In this document: positions 37,862 through 47,653 of the stretch, one piece after another
How positions within the stretch are numbered: position 1 is the stretch's first letter
Layout: every line of letters starts with the position of its first letter
DNA from: an uncultured Acetatifactor sp.
GTDB lineage: Bacteria > Bacillota > Clostridia > Lachnospirales > Lachnospiraceae
Assembly: GCA_948896875.1 (NCBI GenBank)
Contig: CAQUWW010000001.1
Coordinates: 20,056 to 84,055, forward strand
Length of the DNA: 64,000 nucleotides
Reading direction: 5' to 3'
The notes under the pieces: generated by a model
Told to the model about the DNA's origin: nothing
Database searches by the model: none
Seen by the model: the letters and a program-made list of their open reading frames with translations, nothing else
Translations under genes and position numbers: made by a program

Positions 37862-37896
37862 AACAGAAAAAGCATTAAAGAAGGGAGATACAGAGA

Positions 37897-38865
37897 ATGA
37901 AGATAGTGATTCTGGACGGTTATACGGAAAATCCCGGTGACCTGAGCTGGGAAGAACTGGAAGAACTGGGAGAGGTGACGGTGTATGATCGTACTCCCGT
38001 GGACGATGACGAAGAGATTCTGCGGCGAATCGGAGATGCACAGGCGGTATATACTAACAAGACACCTCTGCGGGCTCCCGTGATAGCGGCAGCCTCTGAA
38101 CTTAAGTTTATCGGCGTATTGGCAACGGGATACAATGTTGTTGACTGTGGGGCTGCGGAAGAAAAGGGTATCGTAGTCTGTAATGTGCCTTCTTACGGTA
38201 CGGAGGCAGTGGGACAGTTTGCGATTGCATTGCTTTTGGAAATCTGTCACCATATTGGTCATCACGACCGGGCGGTAAAGGAAGGAAGATGGGAGAAGAA
38301 TCCGGATTGGTGCTTCTGGGATTATCCCCTGATTGAGCTGGCAGGGAAAACTATGGGAATCATCGGACTTGGCCGCATTGGCTGCGTCACCGCGAAAATC
38401 GCAGGGGCCATGGGGATGAAGGTGATTGCCTTTGACGAACATTCTTCGGAGACGGGCCGGACTGTGGCAGAGTATGTGGGATTGGAGGAGCTGATTACAC
38501 AGTCGGATGTGATTGCACTTCACTGTCCGCTGTTTCCTTCTACGGAAGGGATTATCAACAAGGAAAACATTGCAAAAATGAAGGATGGTGTGATCATCAT
38601 AAATAACAGCAGGGGGCCTTTGATTGTGGAGCAGGATCTGGCGGATGCGCTCAACTGCGGTAAAGTGGCGGCTGCAGGGCTGGACGTGGTTTCTACGGAG
38701 CCGATCCGGGGAGACAATCCGCTCCTTACCGCGAAGAATTGTATCATTACACCTCATATCAGCTGGGCATCCAGGGAGAGCCGGAAACGTCTGATGGATG
38801 TGGCTGTGAACAATCTGAGGCAGTTTATGACGGGAACGCCGGTGAATATGGTAAGGGAGGCTTAA
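37897..38865 (+). CDS. hprA: D-2-hydroxyacid dehydrogenase (glycerate dehydrogenase/hydroxypyruvate reductase type)
   Basis: MKIVILDGYTENPGDLSW, ATGYNVVD, GLGRIG, LHCPL and ITPHISWA. Confidence 0.85.
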   Translation: MKIVILDGYTENPGDLSWEELEELGEVTVYDRTPVDDDEEILRRIGDAQAVYTNKTPLRAPVIAAASELKFIGVLATGYNVVDCGAAEEKGIVVCNVPSYGTEAVGQFAIALLLEICHHIGHHDRAVKEGRWEKNPDWCFWDYPLIELAGKTMGIIGLGRIGCVTAKIAGAMGMKVIAFDEHSSETGRTVAEYVGLEELITQSDVIALHCPLFPSTEGIINKENIAKMKDGVIIINNSRGPLIVEQDLADALNCGKVAAAGLDVVSTEPIRGDNPLLTAKNCIITPHISWASRESRKRLMDVAVNNLRQFMTGTPVNMVREA

Positions 38866-38870
38866 CGGGA

Positions 38871-39761
38871 ATGAAAGAATCTATTCATACTTATTTTCAA
38901 ATAGGAACAATTCAATGGATGTCACATCCGAAACGGGAGGTGCTTCAGTCCATCCGGGATATTGCGGCAGACGATTATTTTGATGCCATTGAAGTCCGGC
39001 ATTTCGAGGATGACAGGATTCGGGAAGAGGCAAGACGAATTCTGGAGCAGAGTCATCTGAAAGTGTGTTACGGCGCACAGCCCACACTGCTTTCGCGGAA
39101 GCTGAATCCCAATGATACGGACGAGGAGGGAAGGAGATGCGCGGAAGAGGCTCTGATTGCCGCTGTGGACGAGGCGGAATATCTGGGGGCGAAGGGAATC
39201 GCCTTCCTTGCGGGGAAATGGACTGAGGAGACAAAAGAGGAAGCCTTCGGGCAGCTGGTGAAGACCACGGTGAATGTATGTAAATATGCGGCGCGGAAAA
39301 ATATGGTAGTCAACCTGGAAGTATTTGATTATAATATGGATAAAGCGGCATTGATCGGGCCGGCGCCCTATGCGGCGAAATTTGCGGCAGAGGTGCGCTG
39401 TCGCTGCAGCAATTTTGGGCTGCTGGTGGATCTGTCACATTTTCCCACCACATATGAGAGCAGCAGATTTGTAATTCAGACTCTGCGTCCTTACATCACC
39501 CATCTGCATATCGGAAATGCGGTGGTGAAGCCGGGATGCGAGGCCTATGGGGACAAGCATCCGAGATTCGGATTTCCCGAAAGTGCCAATGATACAGAGC
39601 AGCTGACGGAATTTTTCCGTATATTGAGAGAAGAAGGATTTTACAGGGAAGAGAATCCGCTGGTGCTGTCATTTGAAGTGTCTCCATGGGGAGATGAGGA
39701 AGAAGATTTGATTATGGCGAATACAAAACGGGTGATAAACCGCGCGTGGGCGATGGCATAA
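38871..39761 (+). CDS. Xylose-isomerase-like TIM-barrel protein (sugar isomerase/epimerase family)
   Basis: NLEVFD, LVDLSH, HLHIGN and SFEV metal-binding pattern. Confidence 0.75.
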   Translation: MKESIHTYFQIGTIQWMSHPKREVLQSIRDIAADDYFDAIEVRHFEDDRIREEARRILEQSHLKVCYGAQPTLLSRKLNPNDTDEEGRRCAEEALIAAVDEAEYLGAKGIAFLAGKWTEETKEEAFGQLVKTTVNVCKYAARKNMVVNLEVFDYNMDKAALIGPAPYAAKFAAEVRCRCSNFGLLVDLSHFPTTYESSRFVIQTLRPYITHLHIGNAVVKPGCEAYGDKHPRFGFPESANDTEQLTEFFRILREEGFYREENPLVLSFEVSPWGDEEEDLIMANTKRVINRAWAMA

Positions 39762-39853
39762 GGGATGTAATCTTAATCCGGCAGCCCCAACAGGCTGGAA
39801 GTACGAAAACGGTATGCACATGGGGTAGACCAGGTAAAATACAGGAGGGGAAT

Positions 39854-40612
39854 ATGGATTTTCAACAGGCAGGTACAGGAAACAATAACGAATCCAATAT
39901 CGACATGGTGGTACGGGGAATTCGGCAGGGAATCGCCACGAAGAAATATCTTCCGGGGATGAAAGTAAAGGAGGCCGAACTGTGTCGGGATTTTTCTGTA
40001 AGCCGTACTCCGGTCAGAGAGGCCTTCCGCCTTCTGCAGAATGAGGGGATTCTGACCTATACGCCTCACCGGGGGGTGCAGGTTGCGCAGTTCAGCGAGA
40101 AGAATTTCTTTGACAATCTGGAGTTGCGGAGTGTCATAGAGGTATTTTCGGCGAGAAGGGCGGCGGAGAAAGCCACGGAGGAGCAGATTCGGGAGGCGAG
40201 AAAAATAAATGAGAGAATTCGCATTTATAATCCGGATGATCCTGTAAATACCACGGAGCTGGATATGGAATTTCACATGTGTATTGCCAGGATGGGGGAG
40301 AACGGATATATTGCGGATACCCTTGACAGGCTCTTTAACAGTCAGGTGTTGGTGCGGGTGTTTCTTCCCTTCAGAGAGCGGCGCGTTACACATACATATA
40401 AGGAACACTGCGATATTTTAAATGCCATAGAGGCGCATGAAGCTGAGATTGCGGCGAAATATATGGAGATCCATTTTCTGAAAAGTATCGAGTCAAATCA
40501 CCGCAAAATTGCGGAGATCGCACAGGAGCAGACAAAAGGTACGAAGACCAGGCGCGCACATCTGGAGGAAGGAGCATTGGATACGGCGGAAAAGGAGACA
40601 GAGCAGAAATGA
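39854..40612 (+). CDS. GntR-family regulator (FCD domain)
   Basis: EAELCRDFSVSRTPVREAF; FCD motifs DMEFH, EHCDIL and MEIHF. Confidence 0.92.
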   Translation: MDFQQAGTGNNNESNIDMVVRGIRQGIATKKYLPGMKVKEAELCRDFSVSRTPVREAFRLLQNEGILTYTPHRGVQVAQFSEKNFFDNLELRSVIEVFSARRAAEKATEEQIREARKINERIRIYNPDDPVNTTELDMEFHMCIARMGENGYIADTLDRLFNSQVLVRVFLPFRERRVTHTYKEHCDILNAIEAHEAEIAAKYMEIHFLKSIESNHRKIAEIAQEQTKGTKTRRAHLEEGALDTAEKETEQK

Positions 40613-41490
40613 AGATAGGGTTTATTGGCCTGGGAATTATGGGAAAACCTATGGCGAGAAATTTGATAAAAGCGGGACACAGTCTTGTGGTCTGCGACAG
40701 GCATGAGGAGAATGTGCGGAAGCTGACGGAATTGGGGGCTGTCAGCGCTGAAAACGGAGCTATGATTGCAAAGGAATGCGGTGTTATCATTACTATGTTG
40801 CAGGATTCTCCTCAGGTGAGAGAAGCGGTACTTGGAGAGGGAGGTATCCTGGAGACAGCGGCTCCGGGGACGACACTCATCGACATGTCTTCCATTGACC
40901 CCACGGAGTCCATGACCATCAGTGGTATCCTGGCGGAGAAGGGAATTGACATGCTTGATGCCCCGGTATCCGGAGGAGAACCCAAAGCCATCGACGGGAC
41001 GCTGGCGGTAATGGCAGGGGGAAAGAAGGAGACCTTCGACCGCGTTTATGATTTGCTGATGTGCATGGCCGGGAGTGCGGTTTATGTAGGCGGAGCCGGA
41101 TCCGGAAATGTGGCCAAGCTGGCGAATCAGATGATAGTGGCTTCCAATATTGCGGCGGTGGCGGAAGCTCTGACCTTTGCAAAAAAGGCGGGAACAGACC
41201 CTGGAAAAGTATATGAAGCGATTCGAGGGGGACTGGCAGGCTCTACTGTTCTTGACGCGAAGGCACCCCTGATGCTGTCCCGGAATTTCCAGCCCGGATT
41301 TCGTATCAATCTGCATAGCAAAGACCTGAAAAATGCGTTGAATGCGGCGCATGCCGTGCACTCACCTGTACCTGTAACCGCACAGATGATGGAGATTTTG
41401 CAGTGCATGCAGGCGAATGGCGCAGGCGAAGAGGATCACTGCGCAATGGTAAAGTATTATGAAAAAACAGCAGGTATTACAGTAGAGTAG
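40609..41490 (+). CDS. garR: 2-hydroxy-3-oxopropionate (tartronate semialdehyde) reductase
   Basis: GFIGLGIMGKPM, DAPVSGGEPKA, KLANQ, GGLAGSTVLDAK and PGFRINLHSKDL. Confidence 0.88.
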   Translation: MKIGFIGLGIMGKPMARNLIKAGHSLVVCDRHEENVRKLTELGAVSAENGAMIAKECGVIITMLQDSPQVREAVLGEGGILETAAPGTTLIDMSSIDPTESMTISGILAEKGIDMLDAPVSGGEPKAIDGTLAVMAGGKKETFDRVYDLLMCMAGSAVYVGGAGSGNVAKLANQMIVASNIAAVAEALTFAKKAGTDPGKVYEAIRGGLAGSTVLDAKAPLMLSRNFQPGFRINLHSKDLKNALNAAHAVHSPVPVTAQMMEILQCMQANGAGEEDHCAMVKYYEKTAGITVE

Positions 41491-41493
41491 GGC

Positions 41494-41538
41494 GATGCCC
41501 CGCCTGCCCCTGTCAGGGTGCGCAGGCGGGGTGTTTTT
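41494..41538 (+). terminator. GC-rich hairpin with U-tract (terminator or attenuating stem)
   Basis: GCCCCGCCTGC...GCAGGCGGGGT followed by GTTTTT. Confidence 0.65.
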
Positions 41539-41579
41539 AGGATGGATGTGTTTGTGTGATGATTAGAAAAGGAGGAGAT

Positions 41580-43124
41580 ATGTTTCAGATAGTATATCCT
41601 GAGGCGGTGGAACGATGGGGTGTTTTTGAGATTGAGATTCATGCGCATGTTTCAGGGAATCCATTTCTGGGTACTTATTTTCTGGCAGAATTTACAGGGA
41701 TACAGGAGAAGAAGCAGATATCCGGATTTTATGATGGAAATGACAGATTTCGGATTCGGTTTATGCCTTCTTTTGAAGGGGAATATTCCTTCCGGGTCAT
41801 GTCAGGTATGGCGGGAGAGACACTGGAGGAAACGGGCGGCACTTTTCAGGTGAACCCGGCAGGAAAAGGAAATCATGGGCCGGTGCGCGTGAAGAAGCCA
41901 TATCATTTTCGTTATGAGGACGGAACCAGGTATGATCCGGTAGGAACTACCTGTTATGCATGGATTCACCAGGAGGAAAAGCTTCAGGAACAGACGCTTC
42001 AGACACTGAGAAGCAGTTGCTTTAACAAGCTGCGTTTTTGCATTTTTCCGAAGCATTACCGGTTTAATTTCAGGGAACCAGAACTCTATCCCTTTGAAGG
42101 GGAAGCGGAGGATTTCGGTATACTGACCTGGGACAATTTTATGCAGGTGAAATTTTCCACGAAAAGCCGCTGGGATTACACGCATTTTGTGCCGGAGTAT
42201 TTCAGGAGGATTGAATCACGCATTGCGGATTTGTGCAGATTGGGGATAGAGGCGGACTTGATTTTACTGCATCCCTATGACCGTTGGGGATTTGCGAAGA
42301 TGCCCCGCCAGGCAGAAGAATTGTATTACCGGTATGTGATTGCCAGATTTTCCGCATACCGAAATGTATGGTGGGCGCAGGCCAACGAGTATGAATATAT
42401 GCCGGACAAAACGGAAGAAGACTGGGAGCGGCTGGGAAAGCTTCTAATGGAGGAGGATCCTTACGGGCACCTGAGATCAATACACAATAATCGACGATTC
42501 TATGATCATACGCGGGAGTGGATTACCCATTGCAGTATTCAGAGAGTGGACATGTACAAAACGGTAGAAGAGACCAACGAATGGCGCAGCCGATGGGGAA
42601 AACCTGTGGTGGTGGATGAGCTGTGCTATGAGGGGAATATCTGCATGGACTGGGGAAATATCAGCGGAGAGGAGCTGGTGAGACGGAGCTGGGAGATTAC
42701 GGTCAGGGGCGGATATACCGGCCATGGGGAAACCTTTGAAAGTCCTGATGATATTCTCTGGTGGTCCCATGGTGGTACACTACATGGAAGCTCGGAGCCG
42801 AGGCTTCGGTTTCTGCGGGAGCTTCTGGAACAGGTGCCCGGAGACGGACTGCGTTTTCTGGACTGGACAGAGGCTGGAATCGAAGGCGGAGGGCCCTGCG
42901 GAGAGGCAGAAGGAGAAGGTACGGAGGAGCTGTACCGCATCTACTATTTCGGGAAAACGTGCCCGGCGCGGAAGCGATTTGTGCTTCCGAAAGGATTTGA
43001 GTATGAGGTGGATGTGATCGACACCTGGAATATGGACATTACTCCGCAGAAGGTATCCGGGAATCGATTCATGGTGGAGCTTCCCGGCAGGGAATACATG
43101 GCGGTGCGCATCTGCCGGAAATGA
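41580..43124 (+). CDS. DUF5060/DUF4038/DUF5605 putative glycoside hydrolase (apiosidase-like fold)
   Basis: FYDG..FRIRFMP, NHGPV, GTTCYAW, FNKLRFCIFPK, NVWWAQANEY, SIHN and DELCYEG. Confidence 0.78.
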   Translation: MFQIVYPEAVERWGVFEIEIHAHVSGNPFLGTYFLAEFTGIQEKKQISGFYDGNDRFRIRFMPSFEGEYSFRVMSGMAGETLEETGGTFQVNPAGKGNHGPVRVKKPYHFRYEDGTRYDPVGTTCYAWIHQEEKLQEQTLQTLRSSCFNKLRFCIFPKHYRFNFREPELYPFEGEAEDFGILTWDNFMQVKFSTKSRWDYTHFVPEYFRRIESRIADLCRLGIEADLILLHPYDRWGFAKMPRQAEELYYRYVIARFSAYRNVWWAQANEYEYMPDKTEEDWERLGKLLMEEDPYGHLRSIHNNRRFYDHTREWITHCSIQRVDMYKTVEETNEWRSRWGKPVVVDELCYEGNICMDWGNISGEELVRRSWEITVRGGYTGHGETFESPDDILWWSHGGTLHGSSEPRLRFLRELLEQVPGDGLRFLDWTEAGIEGGGPCGEAEGEGTEELYRIYYFGKTCPARKRFVLPKGFEYEVDVIDTWNMDITPQKVSGNRFMVELPGREYMAVRICRK

Positions 43125-43156
43125 CAGAACAGACCATTTGCGCGAGGAGGATAGAA

Positions 43157-44284
43157 ATGAAAATAGTAATTGCAATCGACTCATTTAAGGGCTCTATGAC
43201 CTCTCTGGAAGCGGGATATGCGGCAGCGGACGGTGTAAGGCGCGTATTTCCTGACGCACAGATTTTAGTCCGCCCCATGGCCGACGGCGGAGAGGGCACG
43301 GTGGAGGCGCTTACGCCGGGGCTGGGAGGAGCAATCCATACAGCGAGAGTCCAGGGCCCTCTGGGCGGAGAAGTGGACTGCAGGTACGGAATAGTGGAGC
43401 AGGAAAAGCTGGGAATCATTGAGATGGCCGGAGCAGCCGGAATCACACTGATAAAGCCGAAGGAGCGCAATCCCATGGTCACTTCCACTTATGGTGTGGG
43501 GCAGGTGATTCTGGAGGCCGTGAAGGCAGGCTGCAGACGCTTTCTGATGGGCATAGGCGGTAGCGCTACAAATGACGGAGGATTGGGGATGCTGCGGGCG
43601 TTTGGCTATGAATTTGTCTGTAGTGATGGAAGTTTGGCACAGAAGACGTCTGATTTGGACAGAATTGTGGAAATCAGGAGAGAAAAAGTGATTCCTGAGC
43701 TGGCGGAATGCGTATTCCGAGTAGCCTGTGACGTCACAAATCCGCTGTGTGGACCTGAGGGGGCCAGTGCGGTGTTCGGCCCGCAGAAGGGGGCCACGCC
43801 GGAGATGATTCGGCAGTTGGATTTTGGATTGGAGCGTTTCGCGGAAGTGACACGCAGACTTTATCCGGCTGCAGATGCGGCTGCACCCGGGACAGGGGCG
43901 GCAGGAGGATTGGGATTTGCTTTTCTGGCTTATACCAATGCGACACTGGAGCCCGGAATCCGGATTGTCCTGGAAGAGACCCGGCTGGAAGGCGATATAG
44001 CGAAGGCGGATGTGGTAATTACCGGGGAAGGAAGGCTGGACGGACAGTCGGTAATGGGGAAAACCCCTGTGGGGGTGGCAAAACTGGCAAAAAAGCATGG
44101 GAAAAAGGTACTGGCATTTTCCGGCAGTGTGACGGAGGACGCCAGAATCTGCAACGAGGCCGGAATTGATGCCTATTTCCCCATTCTCAGGGAAGTGGTC
44201 ACACTGGAGGAGGCCATGGAAAAGGAAAGGGCGCAGAGGAATATGCGGGATGCCGTGGAGCAGGTCATGCGGCTGTTACTGTAA
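43157..44284 (+). CDS. garK: Glycerate kinase (GarK/GlxK family)
   Basis: IAIDSFKGS, ADGGEGT, GGSATNDGG, GAAGGLG and TGEGRLDGQS. Confidence 0.92.
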   Translation: MKIVIAIDSFKGSMTSLEAGYAAADGVRRVFPDAQILVRPMADGGEGTVEALTPGLGGAIHTARVQGPLGGEVDCRYGIVEQEKLGIIEMAGAAGITLIKPKERNPMVTSTYGVGQVILEAVKAGCRRFLMGIGGSATNDGGLGMLRAFGYEFVCSDGSLAQKTSDLDRIVEIRREKVIPELAECVFRVACDVTNPLCGPEGASAVFGPQKGATPEMIRQLDFGLERFAEVTRRLYPAADAAAPGTGAAGGLGFAFLAYTNATLEPGIRIVLEETRLEGDIAKADVVITGEGRLDGQSVMGKTPVGVAKLAKKHGKKVLAFSGSVTEDARICNEAGIDAYFPILREVVTLEEAMEKERAQRNMRDAVEQVMRLLL

Positions 44285-44295
44285 TCTATTGTTAT

Positions 44296-44349
44296 ATGCG
44301 TATAATTTGTGCGTAAATTATTGACATGCGCATAAAAAAGGCGTATAAC
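44296..44349 (+). promoter_or_regulatory. hicAB promoter with repeated GCGYA(T)AA boxes
   Basis: TTGACA (44321)-17 nt-TATAAC (44344); GCGTATAA, GCGTAAA, GCGCATAA and GCGTATAA at 44298, 44311, 44328 and 44341. Confidence 0.7.
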
Positions 44350-44372
44350 ACATAGTATAAGGAGAACATAAT

Positions 44373-44555
44373 ATGACGGTTCGGGAAATATTAAAGGTAT
44401 TTAGAAAAGATGGATGGTATACCATTAATCAGGAAGGCTCCCATATAAGCCTGAAGCACCCGACAAAGCCCGGAAAAGTTACTGTACCAAACCATAATGG
44501 AGACTTAAAACCGGGAACTCTGAACAGTATTTACAAGCAGGCAGGACTTAAATAA
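44373..44555 (+). CDS. hicA: HicA-family toxin (mRNA interferase)
   Basis: 60 aa; DGW....GSH..LKHPTKPGKVTVPNH.GDLKPGTLNSIYKQAGL. Confidence 0.93.
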   Translation: MTVREILKVFRKDGWYTINQEGSHISLKHPTKPGKVTVPNHNGDLKPGTLNSIYKQAGLK

Positions 44556-44594
44556 CCATAATGCATATGGTTCTCACGGAAAGGAGTGTATTTT

Positions 44595-45005
44595 ATGCTG
44601 AGTCTAACTTATCTTGCAGTTTTTGAACCATCGACAGATGGATCTTATAGTATTTACTTCCCCGATTTGCCGGGATGCATCAGTGTGGGAGACAATCTTG
44701 AAGAAGCTGCACGTATGGCAGCAGAAGCCGCAAGCCTTCATATTTACAGTATGGAATGTGACAATGAGGAAATCCCCAGTCCATCTGTGAATCTCTCCAA
44801 AGAGGATACAGAGGGAAATATTGTAATGCCTGTTACAATTCATCCTGAATTATTTCGCATGAAAAAAGATAACGAACGTATTAAGACCAATATCACTCTC
44901 CCGGCATGGCTGAAAAGAATTGCAGAGGAACAAAAAGTAAATTATTCCCGGCTTTTAGAGGCGGCTCTGATTGATTATCTGCAAATACCTGTGCCTGGCA
45001 GGTAA
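44595..45005 (+). CDS. hicB: HicB-family antitoxin
   Basis: YLAVFEP, FPDLPGCISVGD..EEA, and C-terminal NITLPAWL...VNYSRLL. Confidence 0.92.
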   Translation: MLSLTYLAVFEPSTDGSYSIYFPDLPGCISVGDNLEEAARMAAEAASLHIYSMECDNEEIPSPSVNLSKEDTEGNIVMPVTIHPELFRMKKDNERIKTNITLPAWLKRIAEEQKVNYSRLLEAALIDYLQIPVPGR

Positions 45006-45105
45006 TAAGTCGCTACCTTAAGCCGGCACCCGGACGATGTGGAATTAAAATATAATTATTTTGATGTGCGGGCTGTGCACATGGTATAAGAGGAGGTATG
45101 GAAAG

Positions 45106-45894
45106 ATGCCAGAGTTACCGGATTTACAGGTTTTTTCGAAGAATTTGATGAAAAGAATTGCCAATAGGGAGATTGTTTCCGTAGAGATATTGAACAGAAG
45201 TCGTGTAAATGTGGATGGAGATACTGCGAGAAAAAAGCTTCTCCGGACGAGAATTACGGACATTGCGCGGAAGGGCAAGGAGCTGTATTTTCAGCTGGAA
45301 AATGACGAGGTTTTCAGTGTGCACCTTATGCTGAGCGGCAGATTTCACATCTGCACGCCGGAGGAAGTGGCCGGGATTTCCTATAAGATATTGTCCATTG
45401 GCTTTGAGGGAGAAGAGACGCTGGTAATCTCAGATTTTCAGAATTTATGTAAGGTTACTTTTAATCCTGTGGAAACAAAGACGCCGGACGCATTGGGAGA
45501 GGCATTTACGTTCGATTATCTACGGAATGCAGTCAGGAGAAATCAGCGCAAGAACATAAAAGCCTTCTTAATTGATCAGAGTATCGTAAAGGGAATCGGC
45601 AATGCCTATGCGGATGAAATCCTCTGGAAAGCGAATATCTCACCGAAGTCAACTGTGGGGAAGATTCCTGAAGCCAGATTGACGGAGCTGTATACGGCTG
45701 TGGCAGAGGTGTTGAATGATGCCATTGCAAATATTGAAAGAATATCGCCGGACATTATCAGCGGCGAGGAGAGAAGTTTTCTAAAGGTACATAATTCCAG
45801 AAAAAAGGTTACGGATGAGGGCGACAAAATCCTGGTTCAGAAGATTGCCGCCAAGACCACTTATTATACGGAGAGACAGCAGCTGTTCTTATAA
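45106..45894 (+). CDS. Fpg/Nei-family DNA glycosylase without the C4 zinc finger
   Basis: MPELPD start, RKGKEL, HLMLSG and H2TH GIGNAYADEILW; no CxxC pairs at the C-terminus. Confidence 0.85.
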   Translation: MPELPDLQVFSKNLMKRIANREIVSVEILNRSRVNVDGDTARKKLLRTRITDIARKGKELYFQLENDEVFSVHLMLSGRFHICTPEEVAGISYKILSIGFEGEETLVISDFQNLCKVTFNPVETKTPDALGEAFTFDYLRNAVRRNQRKNIKAFLIDQSIVKGIGNAYADEILWKANISPKSTVGKIPEARLTELYTAVAEVLNDAIANIERISPDIISGEERSFLKVHNSRKKVTDEGDKILVQKIAAKTTYYTERQQLFL

Positions 45895-45908
45895 GAGCAG
45901 CTGCTGTC
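45875..45908. terminator. Near-perfect palindrome overlapping the stop codon
   Basis: GACAGCAGCTGTTCTT-AT-AAGAGCAGCTGCTGTC; no clear U-tract. Confidence 0.45.
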
Positions 45909-45976
45909 GATATCAGATCCATTCACTTTAATCTTCACTTATAATCGTGGAAATATCCAGCACAGTATAAAAACTC

Positions 45977-46010
45977 GTAACAGTTCAGACATTGGGCACT
46001 GAACTGTTAC
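45977..46010. repeat. REP-like palindrome family A, copy 2
   Basis: GTAACAGTTCAG-acattgggca-CTGAACTGTTAC; opposite orientation to 1446-1478. Confidence 0.75.
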
Positions 46011-46195
46011 AAAAATTCCGCAATATGTTTTGTAATTAATGAAGTAAGAAAGAAAATATATAAAAGAGAACGAATAATCAAACAATTTGTAGAATTGCCA
46101 AACACATAAACATAGGAACTCCTTTATAATAAAACCATCTCAAATGTCTTATAAACGGGTAGAAAAGTAAAAAATGGGGTACAGGAGGGGTTTCT

Positions 46196-47653
46196 ATGAC
46201 AAAGAAAATGAAACGTAGTCAAAGTGAAATTGACGGTGTGCAGTATCGGCGCGCTAAAACATGGCAGATCATTTTGGTGGCCTGCAACGCTCTTGTGGGG
46301 ATGAGCGTTTACAATCTGATCGGCATGGCCAGTTACAGTGCGAGTGTGGGCTATGGTATTACCACGGCTGTGGTGGGGGTTATTCTGACCTGTACCAGAA
46401 TTTTAGACGGAGTCACAGACCCGTTGGTGGCGTTTCTGTACGATAAGGTGAATACGAAATTCGGTAAACTGCGGGTGCTTTTAATCTCAGGTTTTGTGAT
46501 TGAGGCGCTCGCCCTTCTTGCCATGTTTGATTTCATGTCTTCCAGGGGCTTCGGATGGATCATGTTTACTCTCCTGTATGTCGTATATGTCATTGGCTAT
46601 ACCATTACCAATATGACGGCACAGACATTCGGAGCGATTATGACCAACGATCCGAAGCAGCGCCCCATCATCGGTGTCTGGAGCACGGCGTTCAATTATC
46701 TGGTTCCCATGATTTTATCCATTGTGATGAGCATGGTTCTGCTCCCTATGTATGGCAATGAATATAATCAGGGATTTCTCTCTGCAGCAGTAAGAGCCTC
46801 CATAGTTGTGGGAGCATTGGGGATTCTGCTGGTCAGTATCGGCATTTCTGCCTATGATAAACCTCAATTTTACGAAGGGGTTGGCAAACAGGAACCGCTT
46901 AAAATCCGGGACATGGTCAATGTCTTAGTTGGCAACAAGCCATTGCAGTGCTACATTGCAGCCCAGGCTTCGGATAAGATTGCCCAGCAGACAGTATCTC
47001 AGGCGGTAATCACCACAATGCTTTTCGGCATTCTGATCGGCGATATGGGACTGGGTACCATGCTGAGCGTGATTGGAATGGCGCCGTCCATTATATTTGC
47101 AGTGATCGGCGCAAAATATGCCGGGCGGTACGGCAGCAAGAACGCCATCGTCACCTGGACGAAAATCTGCATGGGCGTGGCAGTATTGATGTTTGTTTTC
47201 TTTGTGGTGATCGACCCTTCTACCATATCCACCATGGGCCCCACAATGATTCTGTATGTTATCTTTACGCTGGCGCTGAACGGCGCCAAAATGTGCGTGA
47301 CCACGGCGGCCAGTTCCTTTATGGCGGACATTATTGACTATGAGCTGGACCGCAGTGGCAAGTATGTTCCCGCGGTGGTTACCGGTACGGGCAGTCTGAT
47401 TGACAAGCTGATCTCCTCTTTCAGCGCTCTGATTGCCACGGGGGCGGTGGCCCTCATCGGGTACACACAGACTGTTCCACAGCCTGAGGATGCGTCGACG
47501 CCTGCGATTTTCTGGATGACCATGGGCATTTACTTCGGACTGCCCCTGCTGGGCTGGGTGGTTACACTGATTGCCATGCGGTACTGTACCCTGGATAAGG
47601 AAGAGATGGTGAAGGTACAGAAGCGCATCGCCGAGAAGAAAGCGGCTTCATAA
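46196..47653 (+). CDS. MFS transporter, glycoside-pentoside-hexuronide (GPH) type
   Basis: RILDGVTDP, TKFGKLR, MTNDPKQR and MADIIDYE; about 12 TM segments. Confidence 0.88.
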   Translation: MTKKMKRSQSEIDGVQYRRAKTWQIILVACNALVGMSVYNLIGMASYSASVGYGITTAVVGVILTCTRILDGVTDPLVAFLYDKVNTKFGKLRVLLISGFVIEALALLAMFDFMSSRGFGWIMFTLLYVVYVIGYTITNMTAQTFGAIMTNDPKQRPIIGVWSTAFNYLVPMILSIVMSMVLLPMYGNEYNQGFLSAAVRASIVVGALGILLVSIGISAYDKPQFYEGVGKQEPLKIRDMVNVLVGNKPLQCYIAAQASDKIAQQTVSQAVITTMLFGILIGDMGLGTMLSVIGMAPSIIFAVIGAKYAGRYGSKNAIVTWTKICMGVAVLMFVFFVVIDPSTISTMGPTMILYVIFTLALNGAKMCVTTAASSFMADIIDYELDRSGKYVPAVVTGTGSLIDKLISSFSALIATGAVALIGYTQTVPQPEDASTPAIFWMTMGIYFGLPLLGWVVTLIAMRYCTLDKEEMVKVQKRIAEKKAAS

